DNA of 53,667 bases, filler included, from Ionaspis alba (GCA_964255285.1; 2 parts of 2 records of this genome joined end to end with filler, not necessarily neighbours in it); one strand, 5' to 3'; counted from the whole stretch's first letter, positions 1 to 13,480 are shown. Made by a program: numbers and translations. The notes: a model not told the origin generated them from the letters alone.

Positions 1-408
1 GTGTGCCGGTTGTTGGGGTTGGGGTCGGAATTGAGGGAGGGAGATAGGGATAGATAAAAGCTTGGGGTTCTCTTGTAGAGCATTGAGTGGGCTATACGCA
101 ATCTACAGACATATGCAGAACGTGTATTGTGTCGCGTGTAGGTGCGTCTTGGCGTGCAACCAAAAAGGATTTGTTCTACTGCTCAATTACCACGGCGCCG
201 TATTGCTTAGAGCTGGCTTTGAGCGGAGACGAATGAAACAGGATGCACCTCGATTACATGGAATCTCTTTTCAAGCTATGACCAGACGCCGTGGCATCTC
301 TAATATGCTATCATTGCCAATGTCGGAGGTTGATTGGTCCTTCAAGAGCTTCCCTTCTCAAAGGATCCATCAAGAAGCGGTGCTCTTTCTTCGTATTCTT
401 TCTCTCGC

Positions 409-1084
409 CTAAAACTTCGTAAACCCCTTCACAGACTGCTTCTTCGTCGTATTGACCTTGAGGACGTTGAACCGGACCTGTAGTCCGGAATATATTAGCT
501 TCTCATATCCCAGCACAAATCCTTTCACCCCATGTTTCCCATAATCTGCGTCTCTACAACACGCTCTGTAGGGTCATACCGTCTTGCTCAAAGGTCGGCA
601 CTGCCCAACTGTTACCGAATCACCCTCCTCCACACGGAAAGCTGGCGACACATGCGCCGCCAAATTCTTGTGACGTTTCTCGTATCTCGAGTACTTGGGG
701 ATAAAATGTAGGTATTCGCGACGAATGACAAGGGTTCGGTGCATTTTGGTGGAGACGACAGTGCCAGTGAGGATACGACCACGGATGGAGACGAGACCGG
801 TGAAGGGGCATTTCTTGTCTATAGTCGCGGTTTTAGCCCACTCATATTTCATGCAAACCAGAACGCTGAAAAGTCGTTCCTAGCACAAAGGTTTCCGTAC
901 CGATGTAGTTGCCTTCAATGGCTGTCTTGGGTGTTCGGAATCCTAGCCCGACGTCCTTGTGCCATCTTCGACCTCCCTTACCAACCCGTCGGATGGCCTT
1001 GGCGTTCTTCAATTTCGCGTTCAGGAAAATGTGAGGCTGTTTCTGGAAGGCACGCTCTGACTGGACGGTCAACTCGGTCGCCAT
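409..1084 (-). CDS. RPS11: 40S ribosomal protein S11 (uS17); 3 exons (1084-901, 818-580, 477-409)
   Basis: Spliced translation [20 protein letters not shown]...[33 protein letters not shown]...[20 protein letters not shown]...[17 protein letters not shown]...TKF*. Canonical GT-AG introns with consistent phase. Confidence 0.97.
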
Positions 1085-1343
1085 GGTTGCGTTGGGTATT
1101 TGTTTTGTCGTGCGGTCGTCGATGGCTTGGGTTACGATCGAGTTTGTGTGGAGGTGAGACGCTAGTGGAGCTTAGGCGAGCGCGGGCCGTAATTCCTCCG
1201 TCTGTTTACTTTCGAGGCGCGATTGACTTCACCACTTCATAACATGGGGAATTGGACACTTTACCTGGTAATGGATCACTGATCGGCAGCTCTATCAAGG
1301 TATTGAGAACTGTGCTACGAGAGTCATTGGAGTAGACTCCACG

Positions 1344-4300
1344 ATGTCTACCATTCCCAGTCCAAAGGCAGTGCCATCGCGCCGCAATCGCAAATCCATT
1401 GCACACATCCCGACTCCGGAGAATGGGTTCAATAAAGAGAACACAGAACATGGAACATCTAGTGCTGGTATGCCCGAGAAGCCAGCTGGTAGAAAAGCAC
1501 GCAGCAAAAGTTTGGGACCTGGAGGTCTAGATGCTTTGAAGCAGGAAACTGGGAACATACAAAAGGTGAAAGGACACCGAGCTTCAATTTTGAGGCGCAT
1601 GATTTCTAACTTATTGCCTACAAATAGACTCCGCTTATAGTCAAATCTATCCTTAAACCGACGATCGTACTTTCGCCACCGAAGCAGATCCCACCTCACT
1701 CCAATTCAAGGAAATCAAGTCCAGGCAAACGAAGCCCAGGCAGACCCAGAACCGGGGCTTCACCACGCAAAAGTACACTGACTTCGCCATTAAAAGAGAT
1801 ACCTCGCTCTGGTAGTGCTCGTCAGTCCGGGATCGAAAATCTGCCCAATCCTTTTGATGATCTGACAAGCAAGAATTCTGTCGACAACGAGCCATCGCAA
1901 GAGACTCGGGTCTCTTTGCGGACAGAGGAAGAACAGCAGGCAGCTGCCAAGGAGAGAGAGCGGCAGGAAAATGTTCAGCGTCGAGATGCGCGAAGAAAGT
2001 CCCTGGGTGAGTACAGGTTGCTCGTCCACTAGTCTTGACACAGAAGGATTCCCTACTGCCGAATCTGCTACTTCATGGCTAAGGAGGATCGTACCTATTT
2101 GGAGCTTGAAAGCTAACACATTCGATCGCTATAGCCAATCGCAGAGTGTCATTCGCGCCGGAAGCCACCCTACATACCTGGGACGTTGTCGAATTGGGCG
2201 AAGATGCCACAACCTCGTCCGAGGCAACAAATTCCACCCGTCGAGCGTCCTCAGGATCCACTTTGTCCGCGTCGCCCTTCCCTCGGCTACAAAACAATCC
2301 ATCCAGCTCAGATCCTACTGAACCACCGTCAACTCCACCAGAGCAGGTTGAAGAGGTTCAAGTAGCAGCCTCTCCAGCACATCAAAGAGATGTGCATCAA
2401 AAGAAACGTCGACGAAGTTCTGGAATTCCTCCCATGGACTTCAACAATCCGGATGATCTCTCTTCAAGCCCTAGTAGCATTGTCAGTGAAGATATCGACA
2501 ACCAGGTCCTCGTGACTGTGGATGACGACCTAGATTCATCAGACTCCGACAAGGACTTTGTCGAATCAGAAAGCCCAGTAACTGCCGTTGATGCCGACGA
2601 TACCACTGTGCAATCTATTGCCTCGGCCCGTTCTACCGGCAACTCTAGCACGAGCTCAAGCGGCCGTCTGGAAGCATCATTACGCCAAGCTGCTGAACAG
2701 GCCGGAACCCAAGGAATTGCTTATGACGAACATGGAGACTTGACTATGGAAATGGTTGAGGATGAAGCGACTGGCTCGTTCAAGCCTTGGACAGAGCAGC
2801 AAACAGCTAAGCCACAGATTCTTCGAAATCTGAGCGCGTTGCAGGACCAGGAGAACGTGAATCCTTTTTCACCAGCATTCAAGGCCAACTTGGACGCCAC
2901 CAATGAGGAGAAAGATGAGGACGATCAAACAATGGATGTCACTCTGGCGGTAGGAGAGATTCTGCCTGTGTCGCAGCAGCCCCAGCAATCGCCAAAACGT
3001 GGACGACGGAAGTCTGTTGCTGTTACTCAACGAAGGACTAGTGGAGGTCGTCGCCGTTCGTCAGGGGATGCTTCGACACTTGCCGATGAAACTATGGAAT
3101 TCACAACCGCGATTGGTGGTATTCAACCAAGCCAGGCAGTACCAAAAGCTGACGACGCAGACTCAGCCGACGATGACGAAGAACTTACCATGGAATTTAC
3201 TACTGTAGTGGGCGGAGTCGTCAGCGGAATCAATCATGCTACCAGCTCCATTTCCGCAGAAAATTCGAATCAGCTCATTCAACTAGACAACGACCGCCGT
3301 GCAAGCATGTCCTCGGTCATGGATGAAGAAGACATGGAAATGACGATGGCAGTGGGAAGTATTCTTCCATCTATTACTGAGCGAACTGAGCCAGACGAAG
3401 ACCAGACCATGGGCATGGATATCACGGCTGCAATTGGCGCTATCCTACCTAATAGTCTCAAAACGGAAGACAAGACGATTGCAAAAATGCTCATGGAGCA
3501 GGAAACAGAGCATGGTCAATTGACAAGGTCACCCTTTGACAAACAGCCATCTCAGGAAGAAGTTCCCGTTGTTCATGCCGCAAGCATGGCTTCGGAAACT
3601 GGCAGTCCAAGCCTGACTTCGGTCCAGAGCCGAAATGCTCGTAAGAGTGGAGGATCCAGGCCATCAGTCACACCGAAAGCTGTCTCCCGTCACTCGTCGC
3701 CGTTGAAGAAGCCAACCACGCCTTCCAAGCAGGTCACTCCAAAAGTCCCGCGTCCCACGACGCCCGGGAAAACACCACCTTCGAAGAACGTTGCCATGCG
3801 CATGGCCTCGCCGAAGAGATTGTTTAAGTCTGAGATCAAGAAGGCGGCCTCTACTACCCCTCAGTCCTCCGTCCCCAGCCTTGAGTTTAGCAAGGATGTA
3901 GTTACGGGTGTTTCAACGCCTGGCGTTGTGCTCAAACCTCGTTCTCGTCGATCTTCGGGTATCGGTATTGATAAGGAGGGTTTAGGCTCGCCTCAAGTAG
4001 CTGCTCTGCTAGACCGAAGGGGATCGATTGGTGAGCTTTCGAAGGACTTTACTCCTCAAGGTCATGCTGCGACGGGGGTACGATTCGAGGATCCGCGCCT
4101 TTTGGAGCAAGAAATCGATAACGAGCGTGCTGCTGATGAACGCCGTGAAAGTGGACGAGGAATTTTGCAGATGGAAGCGGATGTGGAGGAAGAGGGGAAA
4201 GACGCTACGACAAATCTGAAAGACATGATACAGAGCTTGACTCCTAAGAAGAATAAGTTGAAAGGTCGAAAGAGCTTACACGTCGGCGCTGCGAAAGGAC

Positions 4301-6282
4301 TGCTAGGCAAAAGACCTGTTGAACTGGATGACGACGACGACGAAGATCCTTCTCCCAAGCGTCTGAAAGGCCGAGACAGCAGTCCTGTCAAAAACATCAA
4401 GTTGCCTGCTCCTCCACCCAAGGATGAAACTACGGGCAGACTGAAAATGCCACCGAAGTTCATTCTGACAGAAACCGATGGTAATGTACAAGCCAGCACC
4501 CCAAGAGCAGACACCTTCCCCGAGAGTATCAACAAGGCCACGACCCCGCAGAATCAGAAAAGATTCAAGGACACAGAGCTGGTGCTGAGTGCTGCTAAAC
4601 CTCCTGTTTCGTTTGACGAGCGGCTTGCTGGTGTTCCAGCCAATAATCAGCTCGTCGAAGAGGAAGAACGTATTCATCTCCAAGACTTCTTGAACATGAC
4701 AAGCATTCGGTTCATGGAGCTGACAACAACAAAGAGAAGACATACGATAGTACCAACTCGGTCGGATGACAGTATCAAGCTAGGCGATCAATCTATGAAT
4801 GGGAATGACCAATCTGGCAGCGAAAGGGATCTTGAAGCGTGCGTAGTGGCTGGAGCCTGTACAGTCCCAATGCTTGAACTATATCAACATGTAAGTTTCC
4901 TTTCAAATCTCTGATAGCATAGAACTGACCTTCTGATGCAGTCGTGCCGAGAGCTGAAGAAGTACATATCCGAGGGTCGAAGTATTGTCCACGAGATTGA
5001 GGCGGACACTTTCGAAGATAACCCGCCATTATTCCGCGAATACCTTTCGGCTTCACCAGACGTGAGGTCTATCATGGATAACCAATTCAAGAATGTAAAG
5101 ACACATGCACGACTTCTCAGCAAAGCTATGTGGTACGAATGGCGGATGAAGCTGCTTGATGGACTGAAGGAAGGCCTTCTACGGATAGGGGAGGGCCTAG
5201 CAGAAGATAGTGAAATCATGGCCCAGCAAGAGCAGCTCTTGGATTCTGTGCTACCGCCACTGATCGAGAAACACACTTCTCTGGAAGCCGAGGCACAGAT
5301 GCTTCAAGCTCAAGCTGACGAGCTAGCAAGCTGTGATCAGGAGGAGCTCAAAGAAGCACGGGAGAAATTGGTGGCTGTGGATGAAGAACTCGAAGCTAAA
5401 AGGAGGCTAGTCTCAGAATTGCAGGAGAAGCTGAAAATTCAAGAAGAGAGTATCGAGCAGGCGGCAGAGAGGAAGCAAGAGTGTCTCGAAGAGATCCAGG
5501 AAGCGGAGAGGGTGCGTGAACAGTACCGCGGCTGGAGCGGTTCAGAAGTTGCTTCACTCAAAGGTGAACAGTCTCTCCTAATTGTCATACAATTTCCGCT
5601 GACCAAACTCGCAGCTAAAGTCGATGCTCTTGAGAACGCCTACGGCTGGACTATTACCTCCGCATCCGATAGTGCACTGACTCTTGTATACCGCGGCGTC
5701 CTTCAGCTCTTCCTCACACCTTCAGCCTTCTGCAAGAATGGTGCTCCGAAATCGTCAGAGAACTCACCTATCAGCTTAAGCTATATCGCCGATACCCATG
5801 AATACCACCCTGTTCCTCTCACTACCGAGAAACGCTTCTTTCTGCAGATCATGCGAGCGCGGCTCCAATGCCTTCAGCAATGCCAAACACAGATCAAAGA
5901 TGTACTCGCTTTCGTCAAAGCTGGCTGGGAGCAAGCTTGTGTGGTGGCTAAGGAGACCAAGCAGCTGAATCTTACATATGTCACGGAGCCGTGCATTCGG
6001 TCCGATGATGTCCTCGCTATTGCGTCAATGGTTCTGCTGAGGGACATGAAGACCAAAGTCAACGTTATTTTCGAGGTTCATGTTGGAGAAGACAAGCTGG
6101 ATGTCCAAATGGATACCACTTCACATGCAAAGGTCATATATGGTGAGAGTTTGAACGAAGCGAAGATGGGGGAGTTTCTGAAGCAGCGGATCGGAGGATG
6201 TAAGGGGGCTGCTGGCTGGGCGAGTGCTGTGCGGGAATTGGAGGTCAAGTTGGTTGCTAGGGGAAAGAAGATGGTGTCATGA
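1344..6282 (+). CDS. SPC105: Kinetochore protein Spc105/Spc7 (KNL1 ortholog), multi-exon
   Basis: PP1-binding KSILKP and RRVSF motifs (the latter reconstituted across the intron at about 2007-2134), MELT-like repeats (MDVT, MEFT x2, MEMT, MDIT), C-terminal 'IHLQDFLNMTSIRF...PMLELYQHSCRELK...WYEWR' Spc7 region and coiled coil. Introns near 1566-1627, 2007-2134, 4891-4941 and 5564-5614. Confidence 0.93.
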
Positions 6283-6738
6283 TCTCTGCCTTCACACGTG
6301 TCTTGGATGGTGATTGGGCGTATGGATGGCTCTTTGTATCATTTGGTTGGCTGCAGGACCGAGCTAACTCCTGCGACTTGTGTCCGATGTATGAAATTTC
6401 AGAGACAATATCAATTGTGTCAATCGACGCTCAGCCTGTGTGATCTATTGTCGAGGACACATTGCTCGACAGAAAGTTGGGCATCGATAAGGTCTGTTCA
6501 TCTCCAGTCTTGGACTTCTCCTTCTCTTCGTCCGGTCACTTTTGCTTAGCCGCCTCTCTCCCTCATACAAACCCGCTGGCAGGGTACTCTCGGCCTCTGA
6601 TATCGTAGGACCTTCCCCCTATCCATCACCAGCCTTCCTTCAACACAGAAGCTATCCTACTCTTTCTTGTCCCCTCGTGGCAACGAGTCTTCTAGGATAT
6701 GGCATAATAGTCATTATAGCCCCGTATGTCCCATGATT

Positions 6739-7107
6739 TCACATTCCCTCAACCTCAATCTTTGTAATATGCGCTCCCGGCACCACGATCAATCCCAGAA
6801 ACCGACTTGTCATATCCACATCCACAAACGATGCCTCTGGGTCTGCATCTTTCGTAGCGGCCGCGATGGCAGTAGCGGAGGGTGGTCGATTTTCATAAGC
6901 ACGAGATAGTATGACATTGCGTTCCTACCAGGAAACAGATAGGTCAGCAGCGACACAGACAGAGTAGACGAGGAGACAGGCGGGATGATGTTTTACATTA
7001 TCGGTGCATTTGAACTCGCCAATGAATATGCGGCTGTCGGTCGTATGGACATGGAGTTGTTTGCCGAGCAGGGATCTTAGGTATACTACTGCTTCTTCGG
7101 CGTCCAT
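6739..7107 (-). CDS. MAK31: LSM-domain protein, NatC auxiliary subunit (Mak31/Naa38)-like; 2 exons
   Basis: MDAEEAVVYLRSLLGKQLHVHTTDSRIFIGEFKCTDN/ERNVILSRAYE...SRFLGLIVVPGAHITKIEVEGM*: Sm1 motif (D.R...G.F.C.D...N.IL) and Sm2 motif (R.LGL.VVPG.HI). Intron about 6925-6996. Confidence 0.8.
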
Positions 7108-7679
7108 GAAGGACTTTCTGTATGTACACAGACCGTGAAATTGACCGATGTTTGGGCACTAGAGTTTCCTCATAAGAAGGTCCCTGAAAGCTTGTTCCAA
7201 GAGCTAGGAGCTCAAAATGCTTGGCGTGTTGTTTGTTCATCAGTACCAGAGGGTAGCCAATCCAACAACGGGTACAACCGCACAAGCAACATTCACAGTG
7301 GTGACGACCAACACGGCTCTCATCGTTTCCGTGGTTATCACTCCCTATGATTTGTTGGAATCTGTGATATGGCTACGAAGGCAACGTGGTTGTGGAACAA
7401 ATGTTTGCGTTCGTCTTGGGTATCATTGGACGGACTCCGAGATCGTTTCTAGGTGAGCGTGGAAGGTCTGTGATGAGGCTGCATGAGGATCAATGGTCAA
7501 ACAGATGGTTGTTGGTAACGAGCATCATCATTGGCTCTGTGGGAGGTGCTTGACAACAGAATTTCTGAAGAAGTGATGTTGACTATATGCATCAAACTGC
7601 ACGCTAGTTTCGTGAAACCGTCCTATCCATGGCCCTGAGAAAGCTCCCATTCCCAGAACTTAACTCTGGTTCGCAGCTG

Positions 7680-7687
7680 CTATAAGA
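7680..7687 (+). promoter_or_regulatory. Putative TATA box of the small secreted protein gene
   Basis: CTATAAGA about 115 bp upstream of the ATG at 7797, followed by a pyrimidine-rich leader. Confidence 0.4.
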
Positions 7688-7796
7688 CATACGAGACCTC
7701 TCTCCAACCCCATAATCTTAATCTGCATCGTACTCAATCATTTCTTTCAATCTTCAGCCGGCCTGAAACCATTTCATTGCCATTCCTATTGTCACA

Positions 7797-8389
7797 ATGA
7801 AGTTCACCACAGCCACCCTCCTTGCTCTTCCCCTCCTCGCAGCTGCCTCACCCTTCGCCTCCACACCCTCTCTAGATTCCTTGATCCTCCGCTCCCTCGA
7901 CGAGCGCGACCCCTCCGTCCAAGCTTACGCAGATCATGTCAAGAGATCAGCTGATGCAATTATCGCTCGCCGCTTTGCATCCATAAACATCATGGCGGAC
8001 GGGCTAAACCCACGCTCTGCCAAGGGTGGCGGCGGTGGCAAAGGCAAGACGACCGGAAAGGGTGGAAAAGGCGGTAGCAGTGGTTCAGGAGGAGGAGATT
8101 ACCCGCCGCCGCCACCAGGCTTGAGCGCTGATGGTATGAAAGGTGTGTCAAACCTCATGAGTATCAAAAATGAATATAGAATAAATTGCTGACGACAAGA
8201 ACAGCTTACAACCAGTGTAAACAAGGGATGCAGAGCCAAGGTGATTGTTCCGCTATGAGGGGCCCTTTTGCGGAGACAGGGTGTTCGCTTGGTTCAATCC
8301 ATTTGACAAAGCCCTGTGAGAACAAGGATTACCAAGCTGCCTTGAAGAAACAATCTTGCGCAAAGGATCCGAAGGGGAGATTTTGTTGA
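7797..8389 (+). CDS. Small secreted cysteine-rich protein (176 aa; signal peptide, dibasic pro-region, Gly/Lys linker, 6-Cys C-terminal domain); 2 exons
   Basis: MKFTTATLLALPLLAAASP signal peptide. Intron 8143-8204 (GTGTGT..GCTGAC..ACAG) joins ORFs 7797 and 8186 in frame. Exon 2 has 6 Cys and ends ...CAKDPKGRFC*. Confidence 0.85.
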
Positions 8390-8817
8390 GCGGGGCAAGA
8401 GGAGTGTGAAAATTAGTTGATGTTGGACCGTGAGTTGGGATGTAAATAACAAGATGAAATCCAATGATAGACGCTGAACATGACATGGAAGATTAATGAA
8501 AGACTGACACAATGATTTCGCATTTTTTCCTGGAAGAACTATCTCTGGGAAATGCTTAACGTTAAGTTGCGTAGGATGTTTGAGCGATGAATCGAGACAA
8601 GAGCTTCTCAGTGACGATGACTAGTACATTTTGAGATGGTTGTGCTAAGCTGAAAGCTTAAGTGTGATAAGCAGGAACTCCTCGACTACACGAGGATTGT
8701 TCAAGAGAACTTATAGAATTTGAAACCCAGGCATATATTATAGAGATTGCGTCTTGCTGAATACTTTGCCAATAGCAACGCGCATCTCAGCCCCCCTAGC
8801 ATACATCGAATGCCTCC

Positions 8818-9847
8818 TCACTCAACATGCATCCCGCTCTTATCAGCAGAGGAGCCAGAGCTCGCCGCACTCTCCTCATCCCTCACCTTCGATGTTCCCA
8901 TGAGGCCCTGCTTCGTCGATTCCCAGAAAACGCCATCTACGGCAATCTCACCTGCACCTTGCAGATACATGTACCAGTAGAAGCCGCCGCAGAAAATTGC
9001 TCCACCGACAATGTTGCCAAGTCCTGCAGGTATGATACCCTTCCAGATGTAAAGCCCGACTGTCAGGCCAGGCGTACCTTGCCAGATACCCATTGGGACG
9101 AAGAACATATTTGCAACGACGTGATCGAGACCCAGAGATACAAAGGCGAAGATCGGCCACCAGATGCCAGCAATCTTTGACACTAGCTCACGACCCGAAG
9201 CTCCAAGGAAGCAGGCTAGACAGACCAGCCAGTTGGCGCCAATTCCACGAATGAAGATCTGCTGCCAACTTGGCGTGATTTGCTTCTTTGTTGCAAAAGC
9301 TATGGCCTCGGCATGGTAAGGAGCACTATCGAATATTCCGCCATCTGGGTTACTATTAGTAGTCTTTGAGAGGTTGGCACAGGCGTTATACGTACATCCT
9401 GCGATTATGGCAACAAGGAAGAGCGATCCGGCAAGATTCCCGAAGAATGTGATGGCCCAATGGGTGAGCATTTTGCCCAGACTGAGACGGCGATGCATCA
9501 CTGCAACTGCGGTATACTTCTATACAGTCAACTCAGGTTTTCATATGGTCGGAGAGTAAGTAGTATACCATAAAAGTCCCAGTGCACAGATCGACGCCCG
9601 TCAAAACAATCATGACCAATCCGTATGGGAAGAACAGCGCGGAGATAGTTCTGATCAAGCCGGGTGCATTCTCTTGGTACCATGGAGCACTGTTGGTGCT
9701 CAGAGAAGTGGCGCACGCGAACGCCAGGAGAGCTCCGGCTGAGACCGAACTGAAGAAGACTTTATCTAGTCGCATGTTTCCTTTCACGACGCCGGCACGC
9801 GAAACCATCTCAATGGTTTGTGCCGGAGTGTATGCATTGGAGGTCAT
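8818..9847 (-). CDS. Formate/nitrite transporter (FNT family); 3 exons
   Basis: FPYGLVMIVLTGVDLCTG, FFGNLAGS, FIRGIGANWLVCLA, FVSLGLDHVVANMFF and GLGNIVGG are FNT signatures. The start may extend upstream of the ATG at 9847. Confidence 0.93.
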
Positions 9848-10498
9848 GTTGCCTGGGCTAGCCACCAAATTTTGGATGTTCCAGAAGTCTCGAGCTGATA
9901 TCGAAAACGCCCAAGATCATTAGAAGATAGCGAAGCTTTGTGGCGAGTCTTGGCTGCGGGAGGGGGCTCCGTTTTGAGCAATTGGGGTTGCTCAAATTGG
10001 CCCATAATTGTGGCATGGGATCCCAGAGACTCATGCATATACGTAAGGATGTGGGGTAGCACGAATGTACGTCAGACCACGAAGTCCACAACATGTCGAA
10101 GACAGGAACAGAGAAACTGGGTTGCGAAAGGGCCAGCATGTAAGAGCATGGTGGGAAACGTCAGCTTGGTGTAAGGAGGAAGGTGGAGGATCAACTCAAA
10201 TGGGCCGTTGGTCCGTAGCACAACAGGATGGGCAGGGTTTGTCGTTCGTGCGCTCGCAAGGATCCGGCGTGAACATCCGCCGTAAACTAAACGATTGGAC
10301 TGTGTCCAAGACTGAAGCAAGTGGAATATTTTAGCTGTACGGCGTGGATCAGAGTGTGAGTACACTGTACTGTAGTCTGCGCAATGCGGGCGATCAACCG
10401 TGCGGTCTAAATGTTCGTGTCGTCGAAACAGTAAATTTTCACCCACTATATCGTGGTGAGTCAAAGTAATGGAACAAGGCCACAACGAATGGACGCAC

Positions 10499-11719
10499 TT
10501 ACAGCTCTGTCCGGGGCTTAATTTTCGCTGGCTTTGTGTCAATGAATCCTTCAAGGTCCAACCACTCGGCCATGAATGCGGTCATAAGCTTAGTCCAATC
10601 CACTACTGTATCCATGTCGAGATGCTCTCCGTCGTCCTCCAACTCGTGCCAAGCGCGCGGGAACGGTGTAGGAATGATATGTAGGACTTCCACGCCTCGT
10701 TTCATGAAGGGAACGTGGTCATCTCCAATCATACCCCCAAGCCACTGGTTTGCATCTTTGTCATGATCAGATAAGAATGGTGATTCGCCGCGTTGAGCCT
10801 TGTTAATCCCATGCCCGGCATCCTTGTACGCCTTGCCGGAGCTCGAACGCTTGCTCGGGTGGTTTGGGGACGACTTGAACAGAGTGAGAGACCGCAGGCG
10901 CTGCTCTAGTGCAGCCATCTTGCGATAGGCCCAGTGCGTAGTCTTAAAGTATGAAGGTACTGTCGGATTCTTCTCACCCAACAGATCTAATAGCACAAAA
11001 AGCGAAATAGAGGACAGAGGGGTTTGATAGGTTGACAGTGCCGGATGAGATGTCCACTCCCACTCTTCTGCTAAAGCTCTTGCACCATACAGCGAGTCGG
11101 TGTCTGTCCAGCTCACAAAAGACTCTTCGCCATCGAGAAAGAGTATTTGTAGACCTTTGTGTTCGTCTATATCCCAAAATCCACCAGGCTCAAGGCCTTC
11201 CTTCTCCATGGTATCCCACTTTTTCGTCAGCGCTGAGTCGACGGTGCGAGCTGCGTGCATAAGCATTGCACAAGGAGCGGCGCTGTCTGTGGCTCCAATG
11301 AAGCCTGCTGGTAGAAGCTTGCTATCGTAGTGGGCGACCATTGTGAGGTAGCTGACCTCTCCTCGAGAAGCCCACGGGGGATCTCTCGTTGCTATCATGT
11401 TGACGAAAGGAATGTCGCGATCTCCCGTGGCGGGCGTCTTAGATGTAGAGTTCTGAAAGGAGACATTCCATTTTGGCAAGCTTGTTTTGAAGAAATTTGC
11501 CAAATGGTTGAGGACCTTAGTAGATCCTGCTGTGCCAGGGACTCGTGGGATGAGGATAGGAGCCAATAACGAGCCAGCCTTGATATCGAACTCATCTCCT
11601 GCGGCAGGCAGAGCACGCAACGAGTCGTCTGACAGTGTTGTGTAGGCACTCACGCAGTAACAAAACAGGATAAGAAACCAGACGTCTAGGAATTTCGATA
11701 ATGACAGTGATCTGGCCAT
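10499..11719 (-). CDS. Glutaminyl-peptide cyclotransferase (peptidase M28 family)
   Basis: N-terminal signal/anchor; AHYDSK, GATDSAAPCA, FLDGEE, DSLYGAR, LLDLLG, DDHVPF and WH..EDD motifs of Zn-dependent QC. Single exon from the ATG at 11719. Confidence 0.92.
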   Translation of the reverse strand: MARSLSLSKFLDVWFLILFCYCVSAYTTLSDDSLRALPAAGDEFDIKAGSLLAPILIPRVPGTAGSTKVLNHLANFFKTSLPKWNVSFQNSTSKTPATGDRDIPFVNMIATRDPPWASRGEVSYLTMVAHYDSKLLPAGFIGATDSAAPCAMLMHAARTVDSALTKKWDTMEKEGLEPGGFWDIDEHKGLQILFLDGEESFVSWTDTDSLYGARALAEEWEWTSHPALSTYQTPLSSISLFVLLDLLGEKNPTVPSYFKTTHWAYRKMAALEQRLRSLTLFKSSPNHPSKRSSSGKAYKDAGHGINKAQRGESPFLSDHDKDANQWLGGMIGDDHVPFMKRGVEVLHIIPTPFPRAWHELEDDGEHLDMDTVVDWTKLMTAFMAEWLDLEGFIDTKPAKIKPRTEL

Positions 11720-12084
11720 CTTCGGGACGAGTGCTGAGAATAGAACCAAGTACAGATCGTGGCGATTAGGGTGCCATCGATGAGACGTACCAAAGTCCTT
11801 TATCACACAACACTCCCAGGAAACTTGATCGCGAAAGGTGAAACATTGCGGACAGATTAGGAGACATAAGAAAGAGAGCCAAGCCGCGGATGAAAGCTTT
11901 ACAAGCGCGACGCCACGACTTTGACACGCGAAGTCGCCTGCAAGCGAACCTTGTTCCTCCCGGTGATATATGTGAAACGAGAGCTTGCCCATCCGCAGGA
12001 GAATGGATTGCTTGTATTTATATTACGATTGTGGTGTATGAATATGATTGGATGAAGGCGATCATACTATAAGACTCCAATCTC

Positions 12085-12962
12085 ATGCTCTTGTCAACGA
12101 TGTTCGCCCTCAGACGTGTACTCCAGCATCGCCCCCTTAATAGTACGGGAGCTCATCCTCTGAAGAGCACAATCGCTCTGCCTGGGAGATCTTGTACACG
12201 GCTTGCTTTTTCGCTGTATCCTACAAGAACCTTCGCATCAGTCTTTCCGGTACCCAAGAAATCCGGTTGGTCTATGCAGTAGGTTCTTGTCGAACTTATT
12301 TAATTGATCCCCTGCTGTCAGGATACCCAGAGCGCCTTCTGATTTACCATGCTGGAACTGGGAGAACCGTCTTCATCGGTTGTACAAAGCTCACTACAAT
12401 ATTTCTCATGGTATTTTCAAGCCTCGTCGTTGCTCCGACCTATTACTACAGTCCAGATGTGCCAGACTGGGCTGCTGGTGCTAGTAAGTGTTGGTTTGCA
12501 CCACTATCACAAATATCTTACTGATTGATTACAGTATTAGTAGGAGGAGCCATACCATTTCTGTTCGTAGGCTCTACTACTGCGCCGTTTGTCACTTATG
12601 TTCACTTGAGGTTACCAATTTTTGCACAGAAGGGCCGAGAGCAGTTGCTACGATGGTCAAAAAACATTCCTGCAGACACGGAGATTGATATGACTACCAT
12701 GCGGCTCCTCGGATTTCCACGCGTGACTAGGATGCGGCTGGCAGAGCTTCGGTTGATCAAGAAACGTGGCGTGGCCGTAGCAAATCTTCAAAGAATGCCC
12801 CAGGCCAATAGTATCTCCAAAAGGCCATGGTGGATGGGCAAGTCACCGACTGTCTTCTACGTTGGTGAAGAAAGAGTCACAAGCAAAGAGCCTGCAATCT
12901 GGCACAGTGTTCTGAAGACCATAGGCAAAAATGGGGGAGTTCCTGTCCGAAATCAAAGATGA
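12085..12962 (+). CDS. Conserved fungal, probably mitochondrial, two-TM membrane protein; 3 exons
   Basis: R/S/L-rich presequence-like N-terminus; YPERLLIYHAGTGRT followed by two hydrophobic segments and TAPFVTYVHLRLP. ORFs 12085, 12192 and 12525 join via GT-AG introns (about 12266-12321 and 12484-12534). Confidence 0.7.
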
Positions 12963-13480
12963 GAAGGACCTTTTCTGTGCTGTCTCTTTATTATAGAGTG
13001 ATGTGCTCGTTCGTCTAACTATTATTTCTGGAGAGTGTCTCCTTTCTTTCGTGCTTGATTGTAAGCTTTTTGTGGATGAGAACCTCCTGCATGCTCTGTC
13101 GCTTCTGGATGATCCACAATGGAGCATGTACATTGTAAAGGACGGATGGAAATCATGTCGGCTGGGGCACATACTCCGTATTCCTCTTGACTTAGTCTCC
13201 GAATTTTGTCTTCGAATTTGACTAAGGTAAGGGTTACACATCAAGCTTACCTAGAAGGGAAAGATATCAAGCGCTCCAGCTTCCAAACCCTAACTATTCA
13301 CTTTCAAAGACGACGTCGTCTTCGTTTCATCTTCCTAAGGTCCGGGGCTCCAGCAGTATAAATTCCATGGTCTTTGCTTCTTGTTTCCTCCATCCTCTTC
13401 GACCCACATTCAAACTTCCATACACAAAGCTCTCAACTTCAACCAACCTAGAACATTCTTGACAGCACATTTTATCAGAC

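Noticed and set aside
7135..7456. Short Thr/Val-rich ORFs between the LSM gene and the secreted protein
   Set aside because: No convincing start, splice structure or family motif; likely intergenic.
7797..11719. Glutaminyl cyclase plus nearby secreted precursor as a peptide-maturation (RiPP-like) cluster
   Set aside because: Predicted Kex2 products do not start with Gln/Glu, the precursor has no repeated cores, and QC is a conserved housekeeping gene separated by an unrelated transporter.
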